From a virus (lineage: Duplodnaviria; Caudoviricetes): DNA of 60,699 nucleotides. Shown here in pieces: positions 6,991 through 15,046 of this stretch; within the stretch, counting starts at the first letter, position 1, and each line of letters opens with the position of its first letter. The DNA is taken from the IMG/VR virus record IMGVR_UViG_3300048574_000519, positions 1 through 60,699 of that record; one strand, 5' to 3'. Made by a program: the position numbers and the translations under genes. The notes beneath the pieces were generated by a model. That model did no database searches. It saw nothing but the letters and a program-made list of their open reading frames with translations, and had not been told where the DNA came from.

Positions 6991-9486
6991 TTATTCCGAC
7001 GCCGCCTCGAACAGCTCCAGCAGCCGTTCCTGGACGCGCTGCTTGCCCTCCAGCAGCTTGTAGATCTTCTTCTCCACCGGTGTGCTGCACAGATGCAGGT
7101 AGAGCTGCTTGTGCTTCTGGCCGATGCGTCTGATCCGATGGTTCGCTTGGTCGTAAATCTCCAGGCTCGTCGTCGGTGAGAACCAGATGACCGTGTCGGC
7201 GGCGGTGAGGGTGATCCCGTGTGCCAAGCACTGAGGGTGCGCCGCGATGACGTGAAACTTGTTGGTATTCTGGAAGATATTGAAGACCTCGGCGCGCTTG
7301 CCGGCCGGTGTGTCCCCGGACACCAGCGCGTGCGAGATCTTCGCCTTCTTGAGGGCTTCGCCGATGCCGGCCAGCGCGTGCTTGAACGGCACGAACACCA
7401 GCACCTTGTTGTCGGTCGCCTCGATACCGTCCATGAGCGCCTGAATGCGCTCCCCATTGTCGAGCGCCACTGTGGCGCCCTCTTTGGTGTAGACCCAGCC
7501 GGCGCTGATCTGGAGCAGCTTGCTCATGACCGCGCCAGCGTTGGCCGCGGTGATCTCCTGCGACTGCACGGCGGCGAAGCACTGGTCGGCGATCGCCCTG
7601 TAGACCTTCGCTTGGTTCGGCCCCATATCGACCGTGACGATGTTCATCGGGCTCAGCCCGACCGCCTCGGGCAGCTCCATGACGTCGTCCAGCGTGTACC
7701 TCACGGCGGGTTGAAGCGCCGCGAACGCGCGGTCCACGGCGTCGTGCTTGGGCACGTAGGTGAAGTTGGACACCTTCGTCATCAGTTCGTCGCGGAACCG
7801 GTTGAAGTATTTCGGGACCGTGTGAGGTGTGAGGATGCTGGCCTGCGCCCAGGCGTCGGTCGGCTTGTTGGGGACCGGAGCGCCGGACATGCCCCAGGCC
7901 CACAGCATTCGGGCCGTGAGCTTGCGTAGTGTCTTGGTCCGATTGGTGCCGCCGTTACGGAACACGGCCAGCTCGTCGATCACGAGCGTGTCGATGTCAG
8001 TGCGTGAGACCAGCTCGTCAAAAATCACCTCGATGCCGTCATGGTTGAGGATGTAGATCTCGGCGTCGGGGTCGGCGAGGCGCTGTAGCCGCCGTGTCTT
8101 ATCACCGTGCAGCACTGCGCACTTGCGATGCGGCAGGGTGTTGAAGATCTCCCGCTGCCATGTGAACGTCAGCGTCGACAGCGGTGCCAGCACGAGCAGC
8201 TTACCCGCGAGGTTATTCTTCCGCAGGAAGTCCCACGCCCACAGCGCCGCCTTCGTCTTGCCGGTGTTGCCTGTAGCAAAGATGCTTCCGTTCCTACGGA
8301 GAAGTAGGAACGTGCTCGGCACCACGAAGCAATATTTGAAGCCATCAGTTGATGGCTCGCGGTACACATTGTTGGCAACGATACCGCCGTTCACGCCGTA
8401 GAGGCTGACTTCTGGTTTGATCTCCTTTGCATAGACGCAGTGGTCCGTCTTACCCCCACGTCGCGCCCTATGGGTAAGCGACGCCCGGCGCCCGGCCGCG
8501 CTATATGCGTATTGGATGAAGTCAGCGTCGGCTTTTGTGTAGGAAGAGAACGACCATCCGCTCGCCTTGCGGAATGACCCGTCCCAATACGTCGCTTCGT
8601 CAGCGACGACCTCTAGTTGGGCCTGCGACGCAGTCCACCAACTATCATCGAACCCCTTGGTGGCTGGAGCGGCGAACGTGAACCGGGTAAATCCGGCCGG
8701 GGCACATGGCTTTTCTGTAAAACGCACCCCCGCCGCAGTGAGTAGCGCCCGCATTCGCCCGATCTTGCGGGGTTTCTTCAGCCGCACAGCAACTTTGCCC
8801 CAGCTGGCATGTTCGTGCGCGTCAGCGTTAACCGCGACCTGTAGTCGGATCTCGGCATCCGACATAGCCAGGCCAACAGTCCCAACCACCTTGAAGGTAG
8901 TTAGAAACTTGAAGTCTCGACTTGCGCGCGAGCCGTATTTCGCCTCGATATACTCTGCGCTGACGACACGCCCATCAGCCAGGAGCACACGGTGCTCGGG
9001 CGAAAGCAACTGGTCCACCCCCCGTGTGGTCTTGAACCGGATCATTTCCACGCACGGCAATTTGACGAATTGCTGCGGCGCGACGAATTCGATTGACTTG
9101 GTCGTGGGAAGGTATTGGGCGACTTCCCCACCAGTGTAGTCAGCGATCCTCTTCCACCCGGTCGGGGATAGATACTCCGTCTCGGAGTCCACACACCCCA
9201 TCCCGTTCAGCACGTAGGCTCGCGCCGCCGCGGTCAGCATTGCGCATGTCTTCTTCTGCACGGAGAAGGGCGTCCCGCCCGCCCAGTCGTAATGGCACAG
9301 GATCGGGCTCGGCGCGTCGAAGCCTAGTTTCCTGAGCATGTAGGTTTCGGCGGGCTGATGCGGAACGAGTAGGTACGGCACGCCGCCGCTCACGAGGCTT
9401 TTGGCTTCGGGGAACAGCGTCTGTACTGCCGGGGCGAAAGGCACGCCCAGCAGCTTGTGCCGTGTACTCACCTGAACTGACTGCAT
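6991..9486 (-). CDS. SNF2-like (SF2) helicase, intein-containing
   Basis: Walker A NGMG|TGKT split by an intein; LVIDE; GMSGAP; HGITLTAAD; QANHRIRRIGQ. Confidence 0.9.
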   Translation of the reverse strand: MQSVQVSTRHKLLGVPFAPAVQTLFPEAKSLVSGGVPYLLVPHQPAETYMLRKLGFDAPSPILCHYDWAGGTPFSVQKKTCAMLTAAARAYVLNGMGCVDSETEYLSPTGWKRIADYTGGEVAQYLPTTKSIEFVAPQQFVKLPCVEMIRFKTTRGVDQLLSPEHRVLLADGRVVSAEYIEAKYGSRASRDFKFLTTFKVVGTVGLAMSDAEIRLQVAVNADAHEHASWGKVAVRLKKPRKIGRMRALLTAAGVRFTEKPCAPAGFTRFTFAAPATKGFDDSWWTASQAQLEVVADEATYWDGSFRKASGWSFSSYTKADADFIQYAYSAAGRRASLTHRARRGGKTDHCVYAKEIKPEVSLYGVNGGIVANNVYREPSTDGFKYCFVVPSTFLLLRRNGSIFATGNTGKTKAALWAWDFLRKNNLAGKLLVLAPLSTLTFTWQREIFNTLPHRKCAVLHGDKTRRLQRLADPDAEIYILNHDGIEVIFDELVSRTDIDTLVIDELAVFRNGGTNRTKTLRKLTARMLWAWGMSGAPVPNKPTDAWAQASILTPHTVPKYFNRFRDELMTKVSNFTYVPKHDAVDRAFAALQPAVRYTLDDVMELPEAVGLSPMNIVTVDMGPNQAKVYRAIADQCFAAVQSQEITAANAGAVMSKLLQISAGWVYTKEGATVALDNGERIQALMDGIEATDNKVLVFVPFKHALAGIGEALKKAKISHALVSGDTPAGKRAEVFNIFQNTNKFHVIAAHPQCLAHGITLTAADTVIWFSPTTSLEIYDQANHRIRRIGQKHKQLYLHLCSTPVEKKIYKLLEGKQRVQERLLELFEAASE
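8266..9195 (-). mobile_element. Intein (310 aa) with a LAGLIDADG-like endonuclease domain in helicase Walker A
   Basis: Begins CVDSETEYLSPTGWKRI, has LSPEHRV (block B), VAVNADAH and YWDGS, and ends IFATGN|T. Lower GC than its flanks. Confidence 0.9.
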
Positions 9487-9766
9487 GGAGAAATTCCTCA
9501 AGAGCGGTCGTGTCGCCGTCGATCACGAAGACCACGCCGCCGGCGGCGGTGATCTCCTCGATCATTTTTTCCTGGCGATCAGTGGGGTGCTTGCCGGGCG
9601 CCTTCGTCTCGACAGCGCAGAACAATCCGCGGAAGCAGAACAACACGTCGAGGCTGCTGATCCCATACCCGCTCGGCACGGGCATGAATTTGTAGATCGT
9701 GCCCGTGTCGACGTAAGGCTTGAGAACGCGCGCGACCTTGGCTTTGACCTTGCCCTCGGGGGTCAT
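9140..9766 (-). CDS. VRR-NUC family nuclease
   Basis: MTPEGKVKAKV...GYGISSLD...AVETKAPGKHPTDRQ...AGGVVFVIDG. The domain is ~95 aa; the ORF then runs on, overlapping the helicase. Confidence 0.85.
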   Translation of the reverse strand: MTPEGKVKAKVARVLKPYVDTGTIYKFMPVPSGYGISSLDVLFCFRGLFCAVETKAPGKHPTDRQEKMIEEITAAGGVVFVIDGDTTALEEFLHAVSSGEYTAQAAGRAFRPGSTDAVPRSQKPRERRRAVPTRSASARRNLHAQETRLRRAEPDPVPLRLGGRDALLRAEEDMRNADRGGASLRAERDGVCGLRDGVSIPDRVEEDR

Positions 9767-10071
9767 AGGAGCAACATCAGCTGCCCGCGCAGCTGCTCTG
9801 ATGGGAACGTGTCGTAGTTCTCTGATGGGAACTCTATGAGGTCGTGCCGGAGCTTCATTTCAGACCAGATAGAGACCGTGGTTAAGATCTGGGGCACGGG
9901 CGGGCCTTCATCTGGGACACAGAGCGAGACGCGAACGCCGCGCCGGTGACCCTCGTTGAACTTCCGCTGCCACTCAGCGGCGATGAAAACCGCGGCGACG
10001 CGCGAGCTACGACGCCGCGCCTCAGCTCTGTCGAGCTGGTGGAGCAACCTGGCTGGTACAGCGTCTGTCAT
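9763..10071 (-). CDS. Hypothetical protein, FPS-tag family member 1
   Basis: Ends DTFPSEQLRGQLMLLL. Overlaps its neighbours by 4 nt. Confidence 0.65.
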   Translation of the reverse strand: MTDAVPARLLHQLDRAEARRRSSRVAAVFIAAEWQRKFNEGHRRGVRVSLCVPDEGPPVPQILTTVSIWSEMKLRHDLIEFPSENYDTFPSEQLRGQLMLLL

Positions 10072-10319
10072 GTGAGCAACATCAGCTGTGTGACCAGCTC
10101 GTCGGAGGGGAAGACGCCCGAGGGCTCGTGAAACTCGAGTGGCGGGTAGAAGTCGTCGCTGTTGGGGCGGGGGACGCTGACCTTCAGGTGGACGGTCCAT
10201 TTCATCGTCTCGAACGAATAGGTCTCGCGCGCGACCACTCCGACCCCAGACTTCATCAGCGTCGGTAAGCGCTCGTGGAGAAGAGGCCCCGGTGTTCGGA
10301 ACGAACCGGGTCTATTCAC
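10068..10319 (-). CDS. Hypothetical protein, FPS-tag family member 2
   Basis: GTG start overlapping the nuclease end; ends GVFPSDELVTQLMLLT. Confidence 0.65.
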   Translation of the reverse strand: MNRPGSFRTPGPLLHERLPTLMKSGVGVVARETYSFETMKWTVHLKVSVPRPNSDDFYPPLEFHEPSGVFPSDELVTQLMLLT

Positions 10320-10995
10320 CGTGGTGTGGGCAGCTCCGGACCGGGCACCAACGCTTGCACAGGTGGCCCGGCTTCGCCGGGTAGTTGCCGTCGACATGGG
10401 CCTTCTCCAGCTGCTCGATCCGCGGCCAGATGTTCCTCCACATCGTGACCATGTCGGGACGCTTGAACGTCTCGCTCGTCTGGGCGTCTTCCTTGAGCCA
10501 GATAAACTCGCTTCGGACGCCCATGATTTCGGGGAAATGGGCGAACACGCATGCGGCGGTGAGTGCCAGCTGCTGGCTGTCCTCTACGATCTTCCCGGTC
10601 TTCCAGTCGGGCACCAGGGCGACCACGCCGTTGATCTTGATGACGTCTGCGACGATGCGCAGCCACACGCCGTTGTCGAAGTAGCCGCACTTCTGGAAGC
10701 TCTTGGTGATCGCGAGCTTCTGCTCCACCTGGATCGTCCCTTCGCCGTCGCAGACGCGCGCCGCCCAAGGCTCAAAGACCTCCATGCCGCCAGTCAGCGG
10801 CACGCCTTTGCCGCAGCGATCAGCCATCGCCTTGTGGACTTGGTTGCCCCACAGGAGCTGCTCGCTCTCCTCCTCTTTGACATCCTTTGCGATGTCGACA
10901 TGCCAGTGTCGTTTCGGGCAGCTCTCGAAGTTTTTCAGCTTCGAGTAGCTCCAGGCGAACGGCTTGGGGCCGCGCCGTATGGTGACCGCCGCCAT
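10312..10995 (-). CDS. Cas4-like PD-(D/E)XK exonuclease
   Basis: WSYSKLKNFESCP, GNQVH, EQKL, ADVI, DWKTGK, QLAL, and C-terminal CKRWCPVRSC (four-Cys arrangement). Confidence 0.85.
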   Translation of the reverse strand: MAAVTIRRGPKPFAWSYSKLKNFESCPKRHWHVDIAKDVKEEESEQLLWGNQVHKAMADRCGKGVPLTGGMEVFEPWAARVCDGEGTIQVEQKLAITKSFQKCGYFDNGVWLRIVADVIKINGVVALVPDWKTGKIVEDSQQLALTAACVFAHFPEIMGVRSEFIWLKEDAQTSETFKRPDMVTMWRNIWPRIEQLEKAHVDGNYPAKPGHLCKRWCPVRSCPHHGE

Positions 10996-11339
10996 TATTT
11001 TTTCTCCAAAAGGCGCAGACTGGTGATCAGGGTGTCGCTCGGGAACAGCGGCCACTCGTCTTCGAGTGTGACAGCCTTGTCGCCAGCGACGACGAACACG
11101 AAGACCTTCTCCCCGCAGCGCGACCGGTGTGCCTCGATGAACTCGAACGGAAGCTTGTCACCGGGGCCGAGGTGGAGGCGGGTCGCGATCATCGCCGGCA
11201 AAGTCATGGCACGGGGGCTCCTGATACTGCCGTCCTGGAGCCAATACCGGGTGGCATCGTCGAAGTGCGACCTGTCAACACCGTGCAGCTCCGCAAAGAT
11301 ATTCTTGCGTGGGATTATCGGCATGGGTCTCACATTCAA
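10995..11339 (-). CDS. Hypothetical protein, FPS-tag family member 3
   Basis: Ends PLFPSDTLITSLRLLEKK; coupled to the nuclease start. Confidence 0.65.
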   Translation of the reverse strand: MNVRPMPIIPRKNIFAELHGVDRSHFDDATRYWLQDGSIRSPRAMTLPAMIATRLHLGPGDKLPFEFIEAHRSRCGEKVFVFVVAGDKAVTLEDEWPLFPSDTLITSLRLLEKK

Positions 11340-11375
11340 GAAAGTAGATGTTCCATAACACTTGTGCGAAGGCCG

Positions 11376-11398
11376 AAAAAACCGGCCCGAAGGCCGGC
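11376..11398 (-). terminator. Rho-independent terminator
   Basis: Minus strand reads GCCGGCC-TTCG-GGCCGG-TTTTTT, downstream of the wHTH gene. Confidence 0.8.
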
Positions 11399-11419
11399 GT
11401 TCTCTCGGGAGTGTAACCG

Positions 11420-11812
11420 TCAGGCCGCTACGGGCGTGCTCGGCGCCGTGGGGACAGGACCCACTACGGTGATGTCCGCCGGAGGCGAAGTGAGCATGTC
11501 CCGGATGCGCACCTTCGTGGCCGGGTCGAGCCAGTAGCCGACGTTGCGCCGCGCCCGGATCGAAATGCCGAACTCGGCCAAGGACCGGCGGAGCCGGTGG
11601 AGCGCGACCTTCGCATCGGAAGCGATTTGCAGACGCTCGCTGATCACTTCAGGGGTAACGTAGTCGAGCGCGACCAGCAAACCGAGCAGGTTTGAATTTT
11701 GCGATGAGAGATGGAAATGGGCGGCGAGAGTCTTATTGCCCTGGCCGAGCGCCGCTTCCAATTCACGAACCCTTGCCTTGAGATCAGCAATTTCAGAATT
11801 ATCGGACGTCAT
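11420..11812 (-). CDS. Winged-helix transcription regulator with N-terminal coiled coil
   Basis: KVALHRLRRSL...ISIRARRNVGYWL OmpR-like wing. Forms its own unit between an AT-rich upstream region and a terminator. Confidence 0.75.
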   Translation of the reverse strand: MTSDNSEIADLKARVRELEAALGQGNKTLAAHFHLSSQNSNLLGLLVALDYVTPEVISERLQIASDAKVALHRLRRSLAEFGISIRARRNVGYWLDPATKVRIRDMLTSPPADITVVGPVPTAPSTPVAA

Positions 11813-11819
11813 CAGCTTG

Positions 11820-12084
11820 CCGCACTTTCTCTTTGGGAGTAACCAGTGCCAAACGCCGATATAATCAGACTATAACATAAAAGTGTCAAGCAAATTACAG
11901 CCTTATTATGTTAACCCAATAGTTCACTATATTACATATAGGTTACCAATATAGCAGATATACGTATAATCATGATTGGTTAATAGTATGAACGGCCGTC
12001 TATGTCCGTTATATACTCGACCTTACTTTGGTAGGAGTTGTATGACGACCTTTATAGTCGTAACAACCCCCACCGATCTATTAC
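11820..12084. promoter_or_regulatory. AT-rich promoter/operator region
   Basis: Strongly AT-rich non-coding tract in a GC-rich genome. The minus strand carries TTGACA (plus-strand tgtcaa near 11884). Confidence 0.6.
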
Positions 12085-14916
12085 CTAATGGGCGTCGCCA
12101 TATGACGGCCCACTACCTACTTCTGCGGCAAGTGGAAGATCTGGCGCCCAGCTGGGCCGCCGTGACATCTCCTCCAGCAAGAGCGATTTCACTTCGTTGG
12201 CCCGGCGGCGGGGAACGCAGTAGACCAGTTCGTCGTGAGCTTGGAGCCCGAGCTTAAGTCCACGCGCCCTGATGCGTGATGACGCTTGGGAAACCGCTAC
12301 TCGCGCGAGAAACTGGACAATATTCTCCAATAGCTTACCGCCGTAGATGCGCTTCGGCTTGCCTCCATAGGTGAAACACCACTCGCCGATTGCTTCGTCG
12401 AAGTGGAGGTCGTGGTAGTGGAGCGCCAGCCCGTTCGGGCCTGTGATGGTTTGGTGTGTGATGGTGCAGGGGCCAAACGTGGCCGTGCCGCCGTTCGCCA
12501 GGACGGGGAGTAGGTTCTGGAGCGTCTTCCAGGCGGTGGAGATCGCGAGGTACCGGCGACGGTAGCCGTTAACGATACGCGCGGCTTCAGCCTCGCCCAG
12601 CTCGATGGCGGTGCCAGTCTGCGCCCGGGACAGCAGCTTGACTGTGGCGTCGAACTTGGGTGCCCCACAGCCGAAACCCAGCTGGAGGATGCCGGTCTTG
12701 CCGATGAACCCGTGCGCAGCGTGCTGGCCGTCCTTGCGCTTGCGCTCGACCTTGTAGCCGAAGATGTCGGACGCGAAGTTGGAGTAGACGTCGGCGCCGT
12801 CGGCGAACTCCTTGACGAGGTCCCATTGCCCGCACACCCAGGCGGTGACGCGCGCCTCGATCTGCGAGGCGTCCACTGAAAACACGTCGTCGTCGGGGTC
12901 GATCGGGATGAGTGCGCGCCGAAGCGCGTTGCTGCCGCCGCGGGTCGGCAGGTTCTGCATGTTCAGCTTCCAGTCGCCACTATTGTGGACAATCCGGCCG
13001 TTTGCCATGAACCTGTTGTGGGGACCGCAATCGACTATGTCCCACGTCGGGACGACGAGCGGTTCTGTGCCTGCTGCGCTTTTGTCGCCCAACGGAGATT
13101 GCCCGGCTCGTAATGTCCGTTCACCTCGATCCTGTCGATCGATGCTCCTACTGGCCGGCTCCCTAAGTTGGCCAACAACCAGTCCGCCATGAACGCGGTC
13201 GATGGAAACCTGAACTCGATCCCCCTGCCGCCGTAGTAATGAAAATTCGATGCCCCCGGGTTTGTGCACCGTTGATGTGCCCGACTGGCCACCTCCATTG
13301 CAATCCCCCATTCTTTGGGGGGCCATTTGGCGCTCAGAACTTTTACTTGAGCCCTCGTCGACCGCTTCTCCAACGGAATTGAAAACGCAGCAAGGATGGA
13401 TCTCTGGCGGCGCGTCAAAGAATTCTCCTTGTTCGCTTGGGTGGCCGCGTCCAGCATTGCCTGAGAGGGCGCTACCCCGACCATCCGGAGCACCATGTTG
13501 CAGTGGCGGCACAGTATTTGGCGTCGGCCAAGAAGATCCTTCCACCGGCTCTGCATATGCTTGCCGCACCGGGAGCAGGTGAATTCGATCGCCGTGTTGT
13601 AGGTGATCAAGCCGCCGCACAGACGGATCGATCCGTGTTGCGTCAGGAACGTTTCCACGCGCGATGTCGTAGCCTCGCGCTTTTGCTGCCTCCAGCTGAC
13701 AATACCCGTGTTCCACGGTCCAAACTCGGTGGTCGGGTGTTCCGACGATCCCGTCATATTCAATGACTTCCTTAACGCCGGCGAACGATAATCCCCCGTG
13801 GGAAACGAACATGTCGCCATCCCAAACAAGGTCATCATCCCGGAGATTATCTAACGATGTAGATACTAACCGGTTAGAGCGCAATACTTCTATGCTGGTG
13901 TCCCCAGCCAAGCAAAGCCGGTGTGTATGGGCGCCAGCGACACGCAGCGGCACGGGCATACAGCCGTCGAGCCGTGGGTTACCCGGCCAGGTAAGGTCGG
14001 AGATCGAGATCATCCGCTGCGCCCGGGACTCAGCCAGCGTCGACTTGTGGCCGAGGCGGGCGGCGACGAACGCTTGGACGCGCGGGTCCTCGTGCTCCTC
14101 CAGCTCGATCATCGCCTCGTCGGTCTTGGCGAACGCGTAAGTCTCCTTGCCGGTGGTCTTGGAGATCTTCAGCGGCGGGTCGACGTCGACGCTGCGCAGC
14201 AAGTCAGCGAACTTCTCATTCGACATCAGGTCCTTCGTGCTGTTCACCCCGTAGAGCATCGCGTTGGTGAGCAGCAGCTCCTTGTGCTGCTGCACCTCGT
14301 CGAGGTGTTCGGCGAGCAGCTGCTTGTCGAGCTTGAACTTCGGCTCGATCGCGCACCTGATCACGGTGTCAGCAAACACCAGCTCCTCGGTCGGATAGAT
14401 GCGCGAGTGGACGAGCTCCTTGAAGATGCCAGCGCAGAGCCTGACATCCTGAAGCGCGTAGTCGATGAACCCAGGCATCAGGCCGGCGGCGCGGATCATC
14501 GCCGCGGTCATGCCCTTGACCTTGATGATGGCGTCGCCCTTGACGCCGAGTCCCAGGTGTTTGGCGACGCTCGCGAGCGAGCAGCTCCGCAGGAGATGTC
14601 CCAGGCACGAGCGGGAAACGCTCAACGTGCAGACGAACAGCTCGGGGATGAAGTGGAAGATCCACGCCACGAGGCACATATCAAAGAGTGCGTTGTGTGA
14701 GACCAGCATCACGCGCTCGCCGCTGGCCTTGAGACGAGCGAAGAACGCCGGCAGCTCGGGACCATCGAGCCAGTAAGGCTCGCCGTCGAGCCCCTCCTGG
14801 ATGGCGCATCCGATGCACTCGAAGCGGGGATCGAGCACATACTCGACTGGTGTGATTTTTCGGAGGGAGTATTCGTCGTCGTAGTAAGTTTCGAAGTCGA
14901 GAAAAACGATCTTCAC
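12085..14916 (-). CDS. Family A DNA polymerase with 3'-5' exonuclease domain, intein-containing
   Basis: FLDFETYY and HNALFD exonuclease motifs; THRL|SG..NMQNLP; DASQIEAR (motif A); GKTGILQLGFG (motif B); AHDELV (motif C). GTG start. Confidence 0.93.
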   Translation of the reverse strand: MKIVFLDFETYYDDEYSLRKITPVEYVLDPRFECIGCAIQEGLDGEPYWLDGPELPAFFARLKASGERVMLVSHNALFDMCLVAWIFHFIPELFVCTLSVSRSCLGHLLRSCSLASVAKHLGLGVKGDAIIKVKGMTAAMIRAAGLMPGFIDYALQDVRLCAGIFKELVHSRIYPTEELVFADTVIRCAIEPKFKLDKQLLAEHLDEVQQHKELLLTNAMLYGVNSTKDLMSNEKFADLLRSVDVDPPLKISKTTGKETYAFAKTDEAMIELEEHEDPRVQAFVAARLGHKSTLAESRAQRMISISDLTWPGNPRLDGCMPVPLRVAGAHTHRLCLAGDTSIEVLRSNRLVSTSLDNLRDDDLVWDGDMFVSHGGLSFAGVKEVIEYDGIVGTPDHRVWTVEHGYCQLEAAKARGYDIARGNVPDATRIDPSVRRLDHLQHGDRIHLLPVRQAYAEPVEGSSWPTPNTVPPLQHGAPDGRGSALSGNAGRGHPSEQGEFFDAPPEIHPCCVFNSVGEAVDEGSSKSSERQMAPQRMGDCNGGGQSGTSTVHKPGGIEFSLLRRQGDRVQVSIDRVHGGLVVGQLREPASRSIDRQDRGERTLRAGQSPLGDKSAAGTEPLVVPTWDIVDCGPHNRFMANGRIVHNSGDWKLNMQNLPTRGGSNALRRALIPIDPDDDVFSVDASQIEARVTAWVCGQWDLVKEFADGADVYSNFASDIFGYKVERKRKDGQHAAHGFIGKTGILQLGFGCGAPKFDATVKLLSRAQTGTAIELGEAEAARIVNGYRRRYLAISTAWKTLQNLLPVLANGGTATFGPCTITHQTITGPNGLALHYHDLHFDEAIGEWCFTYGGKPKRIYGGKLLENIVQFLARVAVSQASSRIRARGLKLGLQAHDELVYCVPRRRANEVKSLLLEEMSRRPSWAPDLPLAAEVGSGPSYGDAH
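12982..13914 (-). mobile_element. Intein (311 aa) in the DNA polymerase
   Basis: Begins CLAGDTSI, has GTPDHRVW (block B), and ends TWDIVDCGPHNRFMANGRIVHN|S. Removing it restores THRLSG. Confidence 0.92.
13035..13838 (-). CDS. HNH homing endonuclease in the +1 frame, entirely within the polymerase intein (true start uncertain)
   Basis: QRCTNP...YYGGRGI...SIDRIEVNGHYEPGNLRWATKAQQAQNR, plus CSRC and CRHC Zn motifs. Confidence 0.88.
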   Translation of the reverse strand: MMTLFGMATCSFPTGDYRSPALRKSLNMTGSSEHPTTEFGPWNTGIVSWRQQKREATTSRVETFLTQHGSIRLCGGLITYNTAIEFTCSRCGKHMQSRWKDLLGRRQILCRHCNMVLRMVGVAPSQAMLDAATQANKENSLTRRQRSILAAFSIPLEKRSTRAQVKVLSAKWPPKEWGIAMEVASRAHQRCTNPGASNFHYYGGRGIEFRFPSTAFMADWLLANLGSRPVGASIDRIEVNGHYEPGNLRWATKAQQAQNRSSSRRGT

Positions 14917-15046
14917 GAGCGCGCCTCGTTGACTACCGGTTACCCCGGGGTTACATAGGGCGCACGGCTGCACAGGCCGTGCTCCAGTGGGTGGAGCGTT
15001 GCGGGCGCAGCGGGTTGGTGGTTCTTCGCGCTGCGCCCGATTTCAT

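Noticed and set aside
6977-7903. 5' part of the 378-aa ORF overlapping the helicase
   Set aside because: R/G/A-rich off-frame sequence. Only the last 69 codons have an RBS and a motif.
11820-12084. CtrA (TTAA-N7-TTAA) or alphaproteobacterial LexA (GTTC-N7-GTTC) boxes, including as an explanation for the palindrome
   Set aside because: No exact match seen by eye. Those motifs are direct repeats, whereas the phage motif is an inverted repeat.
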